Position numbers and translations under genes: made by a program. Below the pieces are notes generated by a model, which did not search any database, was not told the DNA's origin, and was given only the letters and a program-made list of their open reading frames with translations. 43,488 bases of DNA from a virus, in IMG/VR virus record IMGVR_UViG_3300037422_000481. One strand, 5' to 3'. Below, in pieces: positions 1 through 7,957 of this stretch (within the stretch, counting starts at the first letter, position 1; each line of letters opens with the position of its first letter).

Positions 1-127
1 CGATTCGGCGGCGGCTGCTGGGGACAAGGCGCTCCTCGTCGCTTGCTGGGTGGCCTGCTACGACGCGGACCTCCTGCCGGACCCGGTCGCGACCGCCAGC
101 GGCGAGGAGGCGCAGCCGTGAGCGCCC
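1..127. repeat. Terminal direct repeat, left copy. 1-127 is identical to 43362-43488, and the same 127-mer also occurs internally at 42448-42574.
   Basis: Direct comparison of the printed sequence (cgattcggcggcggctgctgg ... gcagccgtgagcgccc) at all three places. The copies diverge only after the 127-mer (128 acgacacg versus 42575 tcggcccg). Confidence 0.95.
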
Positions 128-393
128 ACGACACGGCGCACCCGCTGGTCGGCAAGCTGGTGCGCTTCCGCGATGACGGCCGGACTCACGTGGGGCTCGT
201 GCGCGAGGTCGACGCGCCCCGCGAAGAGCTGCGCTCGCTCGTCGTGCAGATGCACGGCGGCTATCCGCGCTCGACGCTATCGTCGACCTTCAGCGGCCGT
301 ACCCTCCGGGTCGCGCTGCTCTCCATCGACGGCGTCGTGAACCGACGCAAGAAGTGGCCCCACCAGATCGAACCGCTGAAGGAGCACGTGTGA
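118..393 (+). CDS. Hypothetical protein, 91 aa (VSAHDTAHPLVGKLVRFRDDGR...). Fourth gene of the plus-strand island.
   Basis: GTG at 118 overlaps the TGA of the wrapped pentapeptide-repeat gene (GTGA), with GGAGG 8 nt upstream. It is in frame with track ORF 43..393, whose first 25 codons are really the C-terminus of the upstream gene. No family recognised. Confidence 0.6.
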   Translation: MSAHDTAHPLVGKLVRFRDDGRTHVGLVREVDAPREELRSLVVQMHGGYPRSTLSSTFSGRTLRVALLSIDGVVNRRKKWPHQIEPLKEHV

Positions 394-914
394 GCGAGCC
401 CTACGATTGCGACCGGGATGATCCGCCCGCGCGCGAGGTTCTGCACGACTGTGTCGAGTGCGGCCGAGAGTTCCGTGGGCCTGTTGGGCAGGGGACGTGT
501 CCTTCGTGCCTAACCGGGCCTCGCTTTCTCCCGTTGTCCACGCGAGGCCCTTGGGCCCTGGCGCCACTTCCCCCGGCGCTGGGGCCCTTTCTTTTTCTCA
601 GCGCCCGCCGAGCCCGCTCAGCGCCCGCCGAGCCCGTTGTCGCCAGGGTCCGGGCGCCCTTCCGCGAAGAATCCGCGTGCGACGAGCCCGATCGTCCGGT
701 TGACTTCGGTCTCCATCTCGCTGAAACGTGCCAGACAGTCGAGGCAGACCGCTCGGAGCTCCGCGATCAGGTACTCGCGGTCCTCGAGCGGGCGCCAACA
801 GAGATCGCAGGCCTGGGCTTGCGTGCCCTCGAGCGTAGGCCGCCCGAGGTAGCGCGGCTTCGCTTCCGCACGGGTCCACGTCATGTGACGTCGATGCCTT
901 CCTGCGGGCAGTAG
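390..914 (+). CDS. Small zinc-ribbon protein (CVEC...CPSC) with an unresolved 3' end. The formal ORF runs to 914, but only about the first 40 codons look genuine.
   Basis: GTG at 390 overlaps the TGA of the previous gene (GTGA) and lies in the frame of track ORF 354..914. After CPSC (to 509) the frame runs through an intrinsic terminator (553-598), then antisense through the minus-strand gene 618-884. A TAA sits at 511-513 in the +1 frame. Confidence 0.35.
   Translation: MSEPYDCDRDDPPAREVLHDCVECGREFRGPVGQGTCPSCLTGPRFLPLSTRGPWALAPLPPALGPFLFLSARRARSAPAEPVVARVRAPFREESACDEPDRPVDFGLHLAETCQTVEADRSELRDQVLAVLERAPTEIAGLGLRALERRPPEVARLRFRTGPRHVTSMPSCGQ
553..598 (+). terminator. Rho-independent terminator closing the plus-strand island. 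It lies between convergent plus and minus transcription units.
   Basis: A 13-bp stem gggccctggcgcc (553-565) pairs with ggcgctggggccc (575-587) including two G-U pairs. The loop is 9 nt. It is followed by tttctttttct (588-598). Confidence 0.75.
598..637. repeat. Tandem duplication of a 20-mer (tcagcgcccgccgagcccg[c/t], two copies).
   Basis: Copies at 598-617 and 618-637 differ only at the last base. The second copy contains the stop codon (620-618) and last codons of minus-strand gene 618-884. Confidence 0.9.
618..884 (-). CDS. Hypothetical zinc-ribbon protein, 88 aa (CDLCW...CLDC).
   Basis: ATG at 884 overlaps the TGA of upstream gene 881-1984 (ATGA). This is an internal start in track ORF 618..1001. 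Two CxxC pairs are present. Confidence 0.6.
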   Translation of the reverse strand: MTWTRAEAKPRYLGRPTLEGTQAQACDLCWRPLEDREYLIAELRAVCLDCLARFSEMETEVNRTIGLVARGFFAEGRPDPGDNGLGGR

Positions 915-1984
915 ATCCGTCCTTCGATGTCCGGATCCGGGCGGTGCAGCTCGCACACCGAACCGCAATTCTCGCAAGGCCGGCCGTAGGTACCCAGCCA
1001 CGCGGTGCGCTGGCCTGGTCTCTTGATCTCGGGAGAGGCGTCCTCAAGGCCGGTCGGGACGAGCGGCATCAGTTGCTTGCGCGCCTCGTAGGCGACGAGC
1101 TGGACCGGCGTCTCGGGGCGCAGTCCGCTCGGCAGCAGGAACTCAACCCGGCCGTGCTCGAGCGCTCCCTGCATCTTCGCGAACTCCCGGCTCGACGTCA
1201 GCCCGAGCGGACGCACCTTGCCGAGCTGCAGGTCGTAGCGCAGCGTGCTCGCCTCGAGCCCGCATTCGATGCACTCGTAGACCGGCTGGGAAGGGACCTT
1301 CCACCACACGTGCCCGCGCGCCTCGAGCGGCACGCCCTGGCAGACGGCCGGACCTGGGCGCTTAGCGCGCGCTGCGGCCGCCGCTTGGTAGGCGCGGATC
1401 GACACGCGCAGCTCGAGCTCGCGCAGCGCTTCCTCCTCGGTCGAGATGTAAGGCGGCATCGACTCGTCCAGGTACTCGCGTACGGTCGGTATCAAGGACC
1501 CGCGCTCGAGCGGGCCCTTCTTGCCGCGGAGTGGACCCAGCTGGATCGTGGCGAGGTCGCGCGAGCGGCGCTCGATCCACCGTTCGAGATCCGCCTCGGT
1601 CAGCCGCTTGGAGCCGTTCAGCGCCACCTCGATCCGCTCGCCGGCAAGCGCGCTGACCTGGTCGAGCTTCTCCGGCTGCACAGATACCTGAGCGGTCACG
1701 CATCCGCGCGCCGCGACCTCCGCTGTCGCCAGCAGTGCAGCCGCGATGTTGGCATCCACCTCCTTCGGCGCCTCGGGGTGGTTCCGCACCTGGCGTCGGT
1801 TCGTGACGTCTTTCCAGAAGCGACGCCAGCGCTCGAGCAGCCACTTCACCTGGAAGTGCTCGAGCCGCACCTCGCGGCGCTCGCGGTCAATTCGTATCAG
1901 CTCCAGCAGGCCCGTCACCGTCGTCGGGGCTGTCGCCCTGTACTGCTCGGCCAGGCCCGAGATGTAGCGCCGGATCCCGGTCAA
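881..1984 (-). CDS. Hypothetical protein of about 367 aa with C-terminal Cys clusters (CIECG, CENCGSVC...YCPQ). The start is uncertain.
   Basis: Lies in track ORF 881..2116. Third-position G/C becomes strong only from about 1984 downward. Upstream of that, the terS-like frame looks like the real one. Candidate starts are TTG 1984 and GTG 1918, and neither has a well-spaced RBS. Confidence 0.55.
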   Translation of the reverse strand: MTGIRRYISGLAEQYRATAPTTVTGLLELIRIDRERREVRLEHFQVKWLLERWRRFWKDVTNRRQVRNHPEAPKEVDANIAAALLATAEVAARGCVTAQVSVQPEKLDQVSALAGERIEVALNGSKRLTEADLERWIERRSRDLATIQLGPLRGKKGPLERGSLIPTVREYLDESMPPYISTEEEALRELELRVSIRAYQAAAAARAKRPGPAVCQGVPLEARGHVWWKVPSQPVYECIECGLEASTLRYDLQLGKVRPLGLTSSREFAKMQGALEHGRVEFLLPSGLRPETPVQLVAYEARKQLMPLVPTGLEDASPEIKRPGQRTAWLGTYGRPCENCGSVCELHRPDPDIEGRIYCPQEGIDVT

Positions 1985-2414
1985 TCTCCAGTCGCTTGAT
2001 CCGCTGCTCGTCTTCTCGCTCAGCCTCTCGCGCCCAGCGGGCGGCGAAGCGATGAGCGAGGAACCAAGCGGCCGCTCGCCAGTCGCGTCGGGTTGTGGTT
2101 GTGACGGTGTGCCCACCTTTGTCGCCCTCTGTCACCTCGACCTTGGTTTCCGTCCAGCCCTGCGCGGCCTCGAGGATCGTCGCCAGGGCCTTGTCTTCGG
2201 CCGCAACCTGCGCCGCGTGCACGGCCGCCGCATAGGCGAGGTAGGGCTGCTCGCCTTCCTCGCCCAGCTTCATCCACTGGTAGTGCGTCGAGACACCGAT
2301 CCCAGCCATCGTCGCGGCCACCTTGACGTAGTTGCCCTGCTTCAGCGCGAGCGTCATGCGCTGAGTGAGCTCAGGCGTGCAGTAGCTCTCGGGGCCTCGT
2401 TTGCCAGCGACCAT
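1887..2414 (-). CDS. terS: Terminase small subunit-like DNA-binding protein, 175 aa.
   Basis: ATG 2414 overlaps the TGA of the upstream gene (ATGA). It has an N-terminal helix-turn-helix-like segment (NYVKVAATMAGIGVSTHYQWMK). It also has the ...RRDWRAAAWFLAHRFAARW... motif typical of phage small terminases. The last ~30 codons have poor third-position G/C. Confidence 0.6.
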   Translation of the reverse strand: MVAGKRGPESYCTPELTQRMTLALKQGNYVKVAATMAGIGVSTHYQWMKLGEEGEQPYLAYAAAVHAAQVAAEDKALATILEAAQGWTETKVEVTEGDKGGHTVTTTTRRDWRAAAWFLAHRFAARWAREAEREDEQRIKRLEIDRDPALHLGPGRAVQGDSPDDGDGPAGADTN

Positions 2415-2902
2415 CACACCACCTTGCTCGAGAGCACGGACTCGATGCCGACGTAATGCCGCAGGAAGAGGATGCCGCTCGTCGTGACGAAGAGGTACTC
2501 CGCGAGGTAGCTCCGTCCGCCCTTCGGCCGGAAGGGCGGCACGGACTTCCCGAAGCCGTCGTTCGCACGCACGTTCGTGCTCGCGTTGCAGAGGAAGTGC
2601 AGGAAGGTGTAGCCGCTGCCGCCCTTCTGCCAGTAGCCGTCGAGCTTCACGGCCGCCTGCCACACCGTCGGGGCGCCCGGCTTCGCCGCGTTCGCGTTGT
2701 TGGTGCCCGGCACGACGTTGAGCAGGGAGTAGACCGGCGAGAGGTGCTTCAGCGGGTCGGGGTCGGTGAGGTCGAAGACGACCACCTGCCACTTCGAGAC
2801 GTCGGCCAAGACGACGTCGGCGCCGCTCGGGTGCTGGACGCGCGCGATCGTGCCCCAGTCCTCGAACTCGCTGAACTGGCTCGCGATCTGGTGGGAGCTC
2901 AT
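2414..2902 (-). CDS. Hypothetical protein, 162 aa.
   Basis: ATG 2902 overlaps the TGA of the upstream gene (ATGA). Internal start of track ORF 2414..2941. No family recognised. Confidence 0.65.
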   Translation of the reverse strand: MSSHQIASQFSEFEDWGTIARVQHPSGADVVLADVSKWQVVVFDLTDPDPLKHLSPVYSLLNVVPGTNNANAAKPGAPTVWQAAVKLDGYWQKGGSGYTFLHFLCNASTNVRANDGFGKSVPPFRPKGGRSYLAEYLFVTTSGILFLRHYVGIESVLSSKVV

Positions 2903-3138
2903 GATGTGTCCCGCCCTTCGCCCATCTCGTGTGTCGCCCAATGGAGAGCCTGCCAGAGCACGCCTTGCACGCTCCAGGACGTGAGCGCGTTCTCCTTCAT
3001 GTGCCGGTTGACCAGGCCCACGATCTCGTCGAACAGCTGCTTCTCGCCGCGAATCTGAACTTCCAGCGGCGCTCCGAACGAATCGGGTATGTCGTCCTTC
3101 ACCCCTTCGATCCTAGCGCGCGCCCTGCGCGTCGGCAT
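2899..3138 (-). CDS. Hypothetical protein, 79 aa.
   Basis: Track ORF 2899..3138. ATG 3138 overlaps the upstream gene by 26 nt. GTG 3102 is an alternative start. Confidence 0.5.
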   Translation of the reverse strand: MPTRRARARIEGVKDDIPDSFGAPLEVQIRGEKQLFDEIVGLVNRHMKENALTSWSVQGVLWQALHWATHEMGEGRDTS

Positions 3139-3934
3139 CGCCCTCTACCGGGCCGGCTTGGCCGGCGCCTCGGACCCCGTGCGCCTCGAGCCTCCCCTTG
3201 GCGGCATCGCAGCGCGCCCCTGCGCCAGTGCCCTGGCCGAGGAGCACGCCCCCCATGGCCGCCAGACGCGCCTGGGCACGCGCTGCGGCTGCGTCCGCAC
3301 GCAGGGCTGCGCGGTCGAGATCCGCGCGATCGCCGCTCCCGTGCCCTCCAAGGAAGCCGCGCGCCGTCTGGAGCACCGGGTGCCCGACCATCACGCTGGG
3401 CGGCGCGACGAACTCGAGGGGGGTGTCGACGACCTGATCGAAGCGCAGCGTGATGATGTTGTTCGGCCCCGGGGTTTGGCGGATCCCGAACACGAGGTAG
3501 ATCGTGTCGCTGACGCTGCCCAGGTGATCGGCGCCAACCACGATGGTGGTCGTGTAGGTCCCGCTCGTGAGCGTCGCGATGGGGGCGCCGTGTCGCTCTC
3601 CGATCGTCGCGATCGAGGCGCACGCGAGGTTCATCCGGCACAGGTAGAGGTCGCGCCAGCGGTAGCTCGAGTTGCCCAAGAGGACCTTGAGCCTGATCGT
3701 CCACGTGCCCGCCTTCCACACAGCGAAGCCGGGCTCTCCGAGGCCGCTCTGCATGAAGATCGCCGCGTAGGTGACGTTGTCGCCTGGCGTGCGGCACGTG
3801 GCGTTGCGCGGCGCGCCGCCGGCCGCGAGCAGCTTGCACTCGGCCGGCACCTGGGGAGTGAACGGCAACCCGGAGCAGGCGACCACGGTGCTGCACGGCG
3901 CCGTGTCGGTCATCTGGGTTGCGAGGTAGACCAC
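3113..3934 (-). CDS. Hypothetical protein, 273 aa. Possibly a tail fibre or receptor-binding accessory, judged by position only.
   Basis: Track ORF. GTG 3934 overlaps the TAG of a 26-codon micro-ORF (TAGTG). ATG 3913 is an alternative start. Third-position G/C is high throughout. Confidence 0.6.
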   Translation of the reverse strand: MVYLATQMTDTAPCSTVVACSGLPFTPQVPAECKLLAAGGAPRNATCRTPGDNVTYAAIFMQSGLGEPGFAVWKAGTWTIRLKVLLGNSSYRWRDLYLCRMNLACASIATIGERHGAPIATLTSGTYTTTIVVGADHLGSVSDTIYLVFGIRQTPGPNNIITLRFDQVVDTPLEFVAPPSVMVGHPVLQTARGFLGGHGSGDRADLDRAALRADAAAARAQARLAAMGGVLLGQGTGAGARCDAAKGRLEAHGVRGAGQAGPVEGDADAQGAR

Positions 3935-4014
3935 TAGGGCGCGCGCGGGATCGTCGTGTTGATCTCGGCGAGCTCGGCTCGCAGCCGGTCCTGGATCGAC
4001 TGATACGGTAGCAT
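3934..4014 (-). CDS. Micro-ORF, 26 aa (MLPYQSIQDRLRAELAEINTTIPRAP).
   Basis: Not in the track. ATG 4014 is preceded by GAGG with a 5-nt spacer. Its TAG overlaps the GTG of the next gene. Confidence 0.3.
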   Translation of the reverse strand: MLPYQSIQDRLRAELAEINTTIPRAP

Positions 4015-4061
4015 CTCGACCTCAGAGCCCGCGCAAGATGGCCGCGTTCATCCCTGCCCCT

Positions 4062-6662
4062 CTATCCCTGCAGCTCCTTCAGCAGCGCGGCCCAGTTCTC
4101 GATCGGCGCGTCGGCGAACTTGTCGTAGGTGAGGCCGGCCGCCTCGAGCGCGGTCTTGGCGGCCGCGAGGCTGGCCGTGTCGGTCATGCGCAGGACGTCG
4201 GTCGTGCAGTCGCGCCCGTAGCGCATCGCGAGCCCGATCGGATCGCCGACCCAGTAGGAGTCGAGCGAGTTGTCCCAGGTGATGTCGAGGTAGTTGTAGT
4301 CGACGTGCACGGTCTGACCGGGCGTGATGGCCCCGCCGGACTTCCGCCGGATCCCTGGGAAGGTGCCGGCGCCGGTCGGCGCGCCGGTCGTGCTGAGTTC
4401 GTAGTCCGTGTTGAGCACGTAGGTCACGGTGCCGGCCGTGTTGGTAACAACGATCGAGGCCGTGTAGACGCGCGGGTTCGAGAGGTTCGTGTAGGTGACG
4501 AAGTCGCCCGACATGACGCGCGCCTCGTTCGCGATCGCGTACGTCCACGTGTCGGTCTTCGGGCAGATGTTCGTCGGCACGAAGTTGGCCCGCGTGGCGT
4601 AGCGCGTGGCGGGCGCGCCCGGGTAGGGCCCGAGCGGGACACGCTTCCACGGTCCGTTGTGGCCGGTGCCGGAGATCGTCTGGCCGTCGGCGTCGGTGTG
4701 CCAGCTCATGTCGCGCAGCCCGCGCGCGACGTCCGTGATCATGGCGCTGATCTGCCGGCCGCCCGGCAGAGCGAAGGCGGCCTCGCCGAAGGTCTCGCGG
4801 ATCGCTGCGAGCGCGATGATCCAGTAGAACTCGCCGAAGGTCTGCGCGACGAAGTAGGTCGCCGTCACGTTGTTGCCGAAGGGCGGCTGGTTGACGGCCT
4901 TCCCGCCCTCGAGATAGCTGAACGCTTGGAGCAGCCCGTTGGCCATCTGGGCGTTCTCGAGGTTGGTCAGGATGTTCTTCACGAACGCCTTGGCGAGATC
5001 GAGCCGGTTCGCGCGGCTGAAGATCGCGGTGAAGCAGTTCTGCACCGTGGCCCAGGCTTGGTCGCGCGTCCAGTTCATGCCGGCGTCAACGCGTGCGGCC
5101 GGATTGAGCACGCGCGTGGGCGCCCAGCTTCCCGGCCCGTACCACTGGATCATCTTCGTCATTTCGCCGTCGCCCTGCAGGTAGAGCAGCGTGGGCGGAT
5201 CGGCGGAGAGGTAGGCGAGGACCATGTTGTCGCGCATCGCCCGCAGCCAGTGGGCGCAGTCGATCCTATCGAACGCCCCGAAGCTCGAGTGCTGGCTGCC
5301 TGATGGTGCGGGGGTGGGGTCGTAGTCGATGGGGCCTGCAGGGCGTGGGTAGTTGTGCCAGCCCCACGGGTTGTCGCGCACGATTCCGCCCTGCTTCAAG
5401 AAGTTGCCGAAGCTATCCATCGCCCAGGGCGCGAAGCCGTTCGCGTCGAGGTTGTTCTCGGCGGTCATGGGTGCGCCGATCTTCTTGAAGGGTGTCCCCG
5501 CGCCGGCGGGGATGTCGCAGTAGGTGTTGCCGACGCCGCGCGAGCGGTAGCGCAGCTGGCGGAGCATGTGCAGCAGGATCCCCTCTGGCTGCCTCGACGC
5601 GATGATGCGCACGCCAGGGTGGAAGTCGATGCCCTCGCCGCTGGTGGCGCCGCCGTACGGGACGCCGTAGGCCGGCAAGAAGCGCGAGAGCGAGCGCCGG
5701 CCCGGCGTACCGTAGACCGGGTCGTTGGTCGGGCCGGCCACGTCCCCGATCAGGTAGCCCTTCTGCGCGTTGTAGGTCGCGAGCACGTTGGCGCCGAGGT
5801 TCGCGACGTGCGCGAGGCTGGGCATCTCGAGCCCGTGCGGCAGATAGCCGCCGCCCTGCCAGTTGTGGAAGAAGAGGCCGCGGTCGTAGCGCGGGATCTC
5901 GGGCGGCTCGGCCTCGGGATGCAGGATGATCCGGAAGAGCCGCTCGAAGCGCTGCGGCAGGATGTGGTTCCCGGCCGTCACGAGAGCGTCGAGCCCTGGG
6001 TTCATGATGAGGTCCGCGTCCAGGCGCGGCACCCACTTCCAGATCAGGCCTTCGACCTCGTCGCCGCGGACGAGGAACTTCAGCGCGCGGAAGAGGATGT
6101 CGGCGCGCGGGATGCCGTTGTGCCAGTTGATGTCGATCTCGATCTCGCGCGAGAAGGCGTTGATCGTGACCCACACGTGGAAGCCGCCGTAGCGCTTCGT
6201 GTGGTGGTGAGTCAGCCATGTGCGCATGTAGCGCCCGGAACGAACGACCGCCGTCGGCGGCGCGCTCAGGTTCACGGTCTCCGTGTCTCCGTGACCGATC
6301 ACGCGCAGCAGCGCGGAGTCGGGGCGGGCTATGAAGCTCTCCACCGCTCCGTAGAAGCGAGGCGTGAACCCCGCCGACGGGTCCAGCACCGGATCCAGGA
6401 ACACGGCCGGCTCGACGTATCCGTCGTGCACCTCGAAGCTCGCGGTGCCGGGCCCGAGCACCGTGATGAACTCCACGATGTTGAAGGTGCTCGTGCTCCC
6501 GGTGATGCGGTACTGCACCGGCCGCTCTTGCTCGGGCGGAAGCGCCGCGGGCACGAAGCACAAGTTGAGGTCGGTCGCGAGCGGGACGGGCGCGACGCCC
6601 CGGGCGCGGAAAGGCCGATCGGTGTAGGGGTTCGTGCCGGTCAGGGTCGCGACGATCGCCAT
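4062..6662 (-). CDS. Large hypothetical structural protein, 866 aa. Candidate tail spike or fibre.
   Basis: ATG 6662 is preceded by GGAGG with a 7-nt spacer. Internal start (MAIVATLTG...) of track ORF 4062..7592. The upstream part of that ORF is Arg/Gly-rich shadow of the methyltransferase region. No family recognised by eye. Confidence 0.7.
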   Translation of the reverse strand: MAIVATLTGTNPYTDRPFRARGVAPVPLATDLNLCFVPAALPPEQERPVQYRITGSTSTFNIVEFITVLGPGTASFEVHDGYVEPAVFLDPVLDPSAGFTPRFYGAVESFIARPDSALLRVIGHGDTETVNLSAPPTAVVRSGRYMRTWLTHHHTKRYGGFHVWVTINAFSREIEIDINWHNGIPRADILFRALKFLVRGDEVEGLIWKWVPRLDADLIMNPGLDALVTAGNHILPQRFERLFRIILHPEAEPPEIPRYDRGLFFHNWQGGGYLPHGLEMPSLAHVANLGANVLATYNAQKGYLIGDVAGPTNDPVYGTPGRRSLSRFLPAYGVPYGGATSGEGIDFHPGVRIIASRQPEGILLHMLRQLRYRSRGVGNTYCDIPAGAGTPFKKIGAPMTAENNLDANGFAPWAMDSFGNFLKQGGIVRDNPWGWHNYPRPAGPIDYDPTPAPSGSQHSSFGAFDRIDCAHWLRAMRDNMVLAYLSADPPTLLYLQGDGEMTKMIQWYGPGSWAPTRVLNPAARVDAGMNWTRDQAWATVQNCFTAIFSRANRLDLAKAFVKNILTNLENAQMANGLLQAFSYLEGGKAVNQPPFGNNVTATYFVAQTFGEFYWIIALAAIRETFGEAAFALPGGRQISAMITDVARGLRDMSWHTDADGQTISGTGHNGPWKRVPLGPYPGAPATRYATRANFVPTNICPKTDTWTYAIANEARVMSGDFVTYTNLSNPRVYTASIVVTNTAGTVTYVLNTDYELSTTGAPTGAGTFPGIRRKSGGAITPGQTVHVDYNYLDITWDNSLDSYWVGDPIGLAMRYGRDCTTDVLRMTDTASLAAAKTALEAAGLTYDKFADAPIENWAALLKELQG

Positions 6663-6685
6663 GGGAAAGCCTCCGGTGCCTTCGG

Positions 6686-7957
6686 TCAGGCTAAGAGGGT
6701 AGAGATATGCTGGGCTGAAGCAACGCGCGCCGACACGATCGCGCGCGCCACGGCCTCGGCAAGGGGCGGCGGCATGGCCATCCCGATCTGACTCCAGCGA
6801 GACCGCTTGGTCATGCCGACGAAGACCCACGACTCGGGGAACCCCTGAAGGATCTTCGCGGCGCGCTCGGAGAGGACGATCGCGTTCGGGTGCCCGCGCT
6901 GTGACTCGCCCCGGCGCCTGCCGGGCGGAGGCTGGCGCTCGTTCGTGCAGATGGTCGTCGAGGGGATGTCCCACGGCCACTCCATAGCACGCCCCCCCTG
7001 CGCGCCGCCTCTGTCCTTCGCGCACACGGTCTTCGAGGGTTCGTCGGGGGAGCTGATCGGGTGCTTCGCATCCAAGAGCAAGACCGCGCTCGCCGAGGAC
7101 TGCCCCGCTGCGGTCACGGTGAGGGCCGGCTCGTCGACACGCGAGGGAAGGTGGCCACCGTGCTTCCAGCGGCCGACGAGACGCGAGTCGATCGCAGCGT
7201 CGTTGCCCTCGCGCGTGATCGTGGGCGAGACATCGTCGCCGCCGACGGTGACGTGTCCCGACATCCTGGATCCGTTGCGCCGATCCGCATCGGTCCACCG
7301 CAGCCGCACGGGACGTCCGAGATCCGCCGGCGCGAGAGGAGACAGCGCCTGCCTGCACGTAACCCATGGCTTCAAGGGCTCGAACCCGGGGAACGGCGTC
7401 TGCGCCGCTTCGGTGGGCGAGCAGTGCGTGCGCACGGGCCAGGAGATGCACGGGCCGCCGCGATGGCCGAACCAAAAAGGCCTGACGCGGTGTTGCGGAA
7501 CCCCGAAGTCGGCCGCGTCCAAGCAGGCGTAGTCGTCGACGCAGTAGCCTTGCCGCGCCAGCCCGCCGATCACATCCTGCACGACACCCCACGAGGAAGC
7601 ATCCAGGAGCCCCGGTACGTTACCGATCAGGTACTCGCGCGGCTTCAGGAGCGCGATCAGCTCGGCTGTCTCGCGCAGCATGTCGCGTTCGTCGGCGAGG
7701 CCTTGGCGCTTGCCTGCGCGACTCCAGGGCGTGCAGGGCGGGTCTGCGACGAGCAGGTTGATCGGACCGGGGCTCCAACCGCCGCGCACCATGGCGAGGA
7801 GATCGTGCACGTCCATCTGGATCGGCGCGTGCCCGAGGTTCTGCGCGTAGCTGGCACAGGCATCCGGATCCTTGTCGAAGACGAAGTCGAAGCGGATGCC
7901 GGCGCGGCGGAAGCCCTCGGCCATGCCGCCGGAGCAGGAGAAGAGCTCGAGGTTCAC
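6686..7957 (-). CDS. DNA (cytosine-5) methyltransferase, 423 aa. No restriction partner is visible.
   Basis: Motif I is LFSCSGG (FxGxG). Motif IV is ADPPCTPWS (PC). Motif VI-like is IGNVPGL. Motif VIII is QHRVRPFW (QxRxR). Motifs IX-X are LQGFPESW...QIGMAMPPPLA. GTG 7957 overlaps the TGA of the upstream gene (GTGA). Confidence 0.85.
   Translation of the reverse strand: MNLELFSCSGGMAEGFRRAGIRFDFVFDKDPDACASYAQNLGHAPIQMDVHDLLAMVRGGWSPGPINLLVADPPCTPWSRAGKRQGLADERDMLRETAELIALLKPREYLIGNVPGLLDASSWGVVQDVIGGLARQGYCVDDYACLDAADFGVPQHRVRPFWFGHRGGPCISWPVRTHCSPTEAAQTPFPGFEPLKPWVTCRQALSPLAPADLGRPVRLRWTDADRRNGSRMSGHVTVGGDDVSPTITREGNDAAIDSRLVGRWKHGGHLPSRVDEPALTVTAAGQSSASAVLLLDAKHPISSPDEPSKTVCAKDRGGAQGGRAMEWPWDIPSTTICTNERQPPPGRRRGESQRGHPNAIVLSERAAKILQGFPESWVFVGMTKRSRWSQIGMAMPPPLAEAVARAIVSARVASAQHISTLLA

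Noticed and set aside
43-117. N-terminal extension of ORF 43..393 (MLGGLLRRGPPAGPGRDRQRRGGAA).
   Set aside because: These bases are the 3' end of the wrapped pentapeptide-repeat gene, which is read in a different frame (stop at 119-121). In this frame they give only Arg/Gly/Pro-rich junk, so they are not a genuine N-terminal extension. The real start is the coupled GTG at 118.
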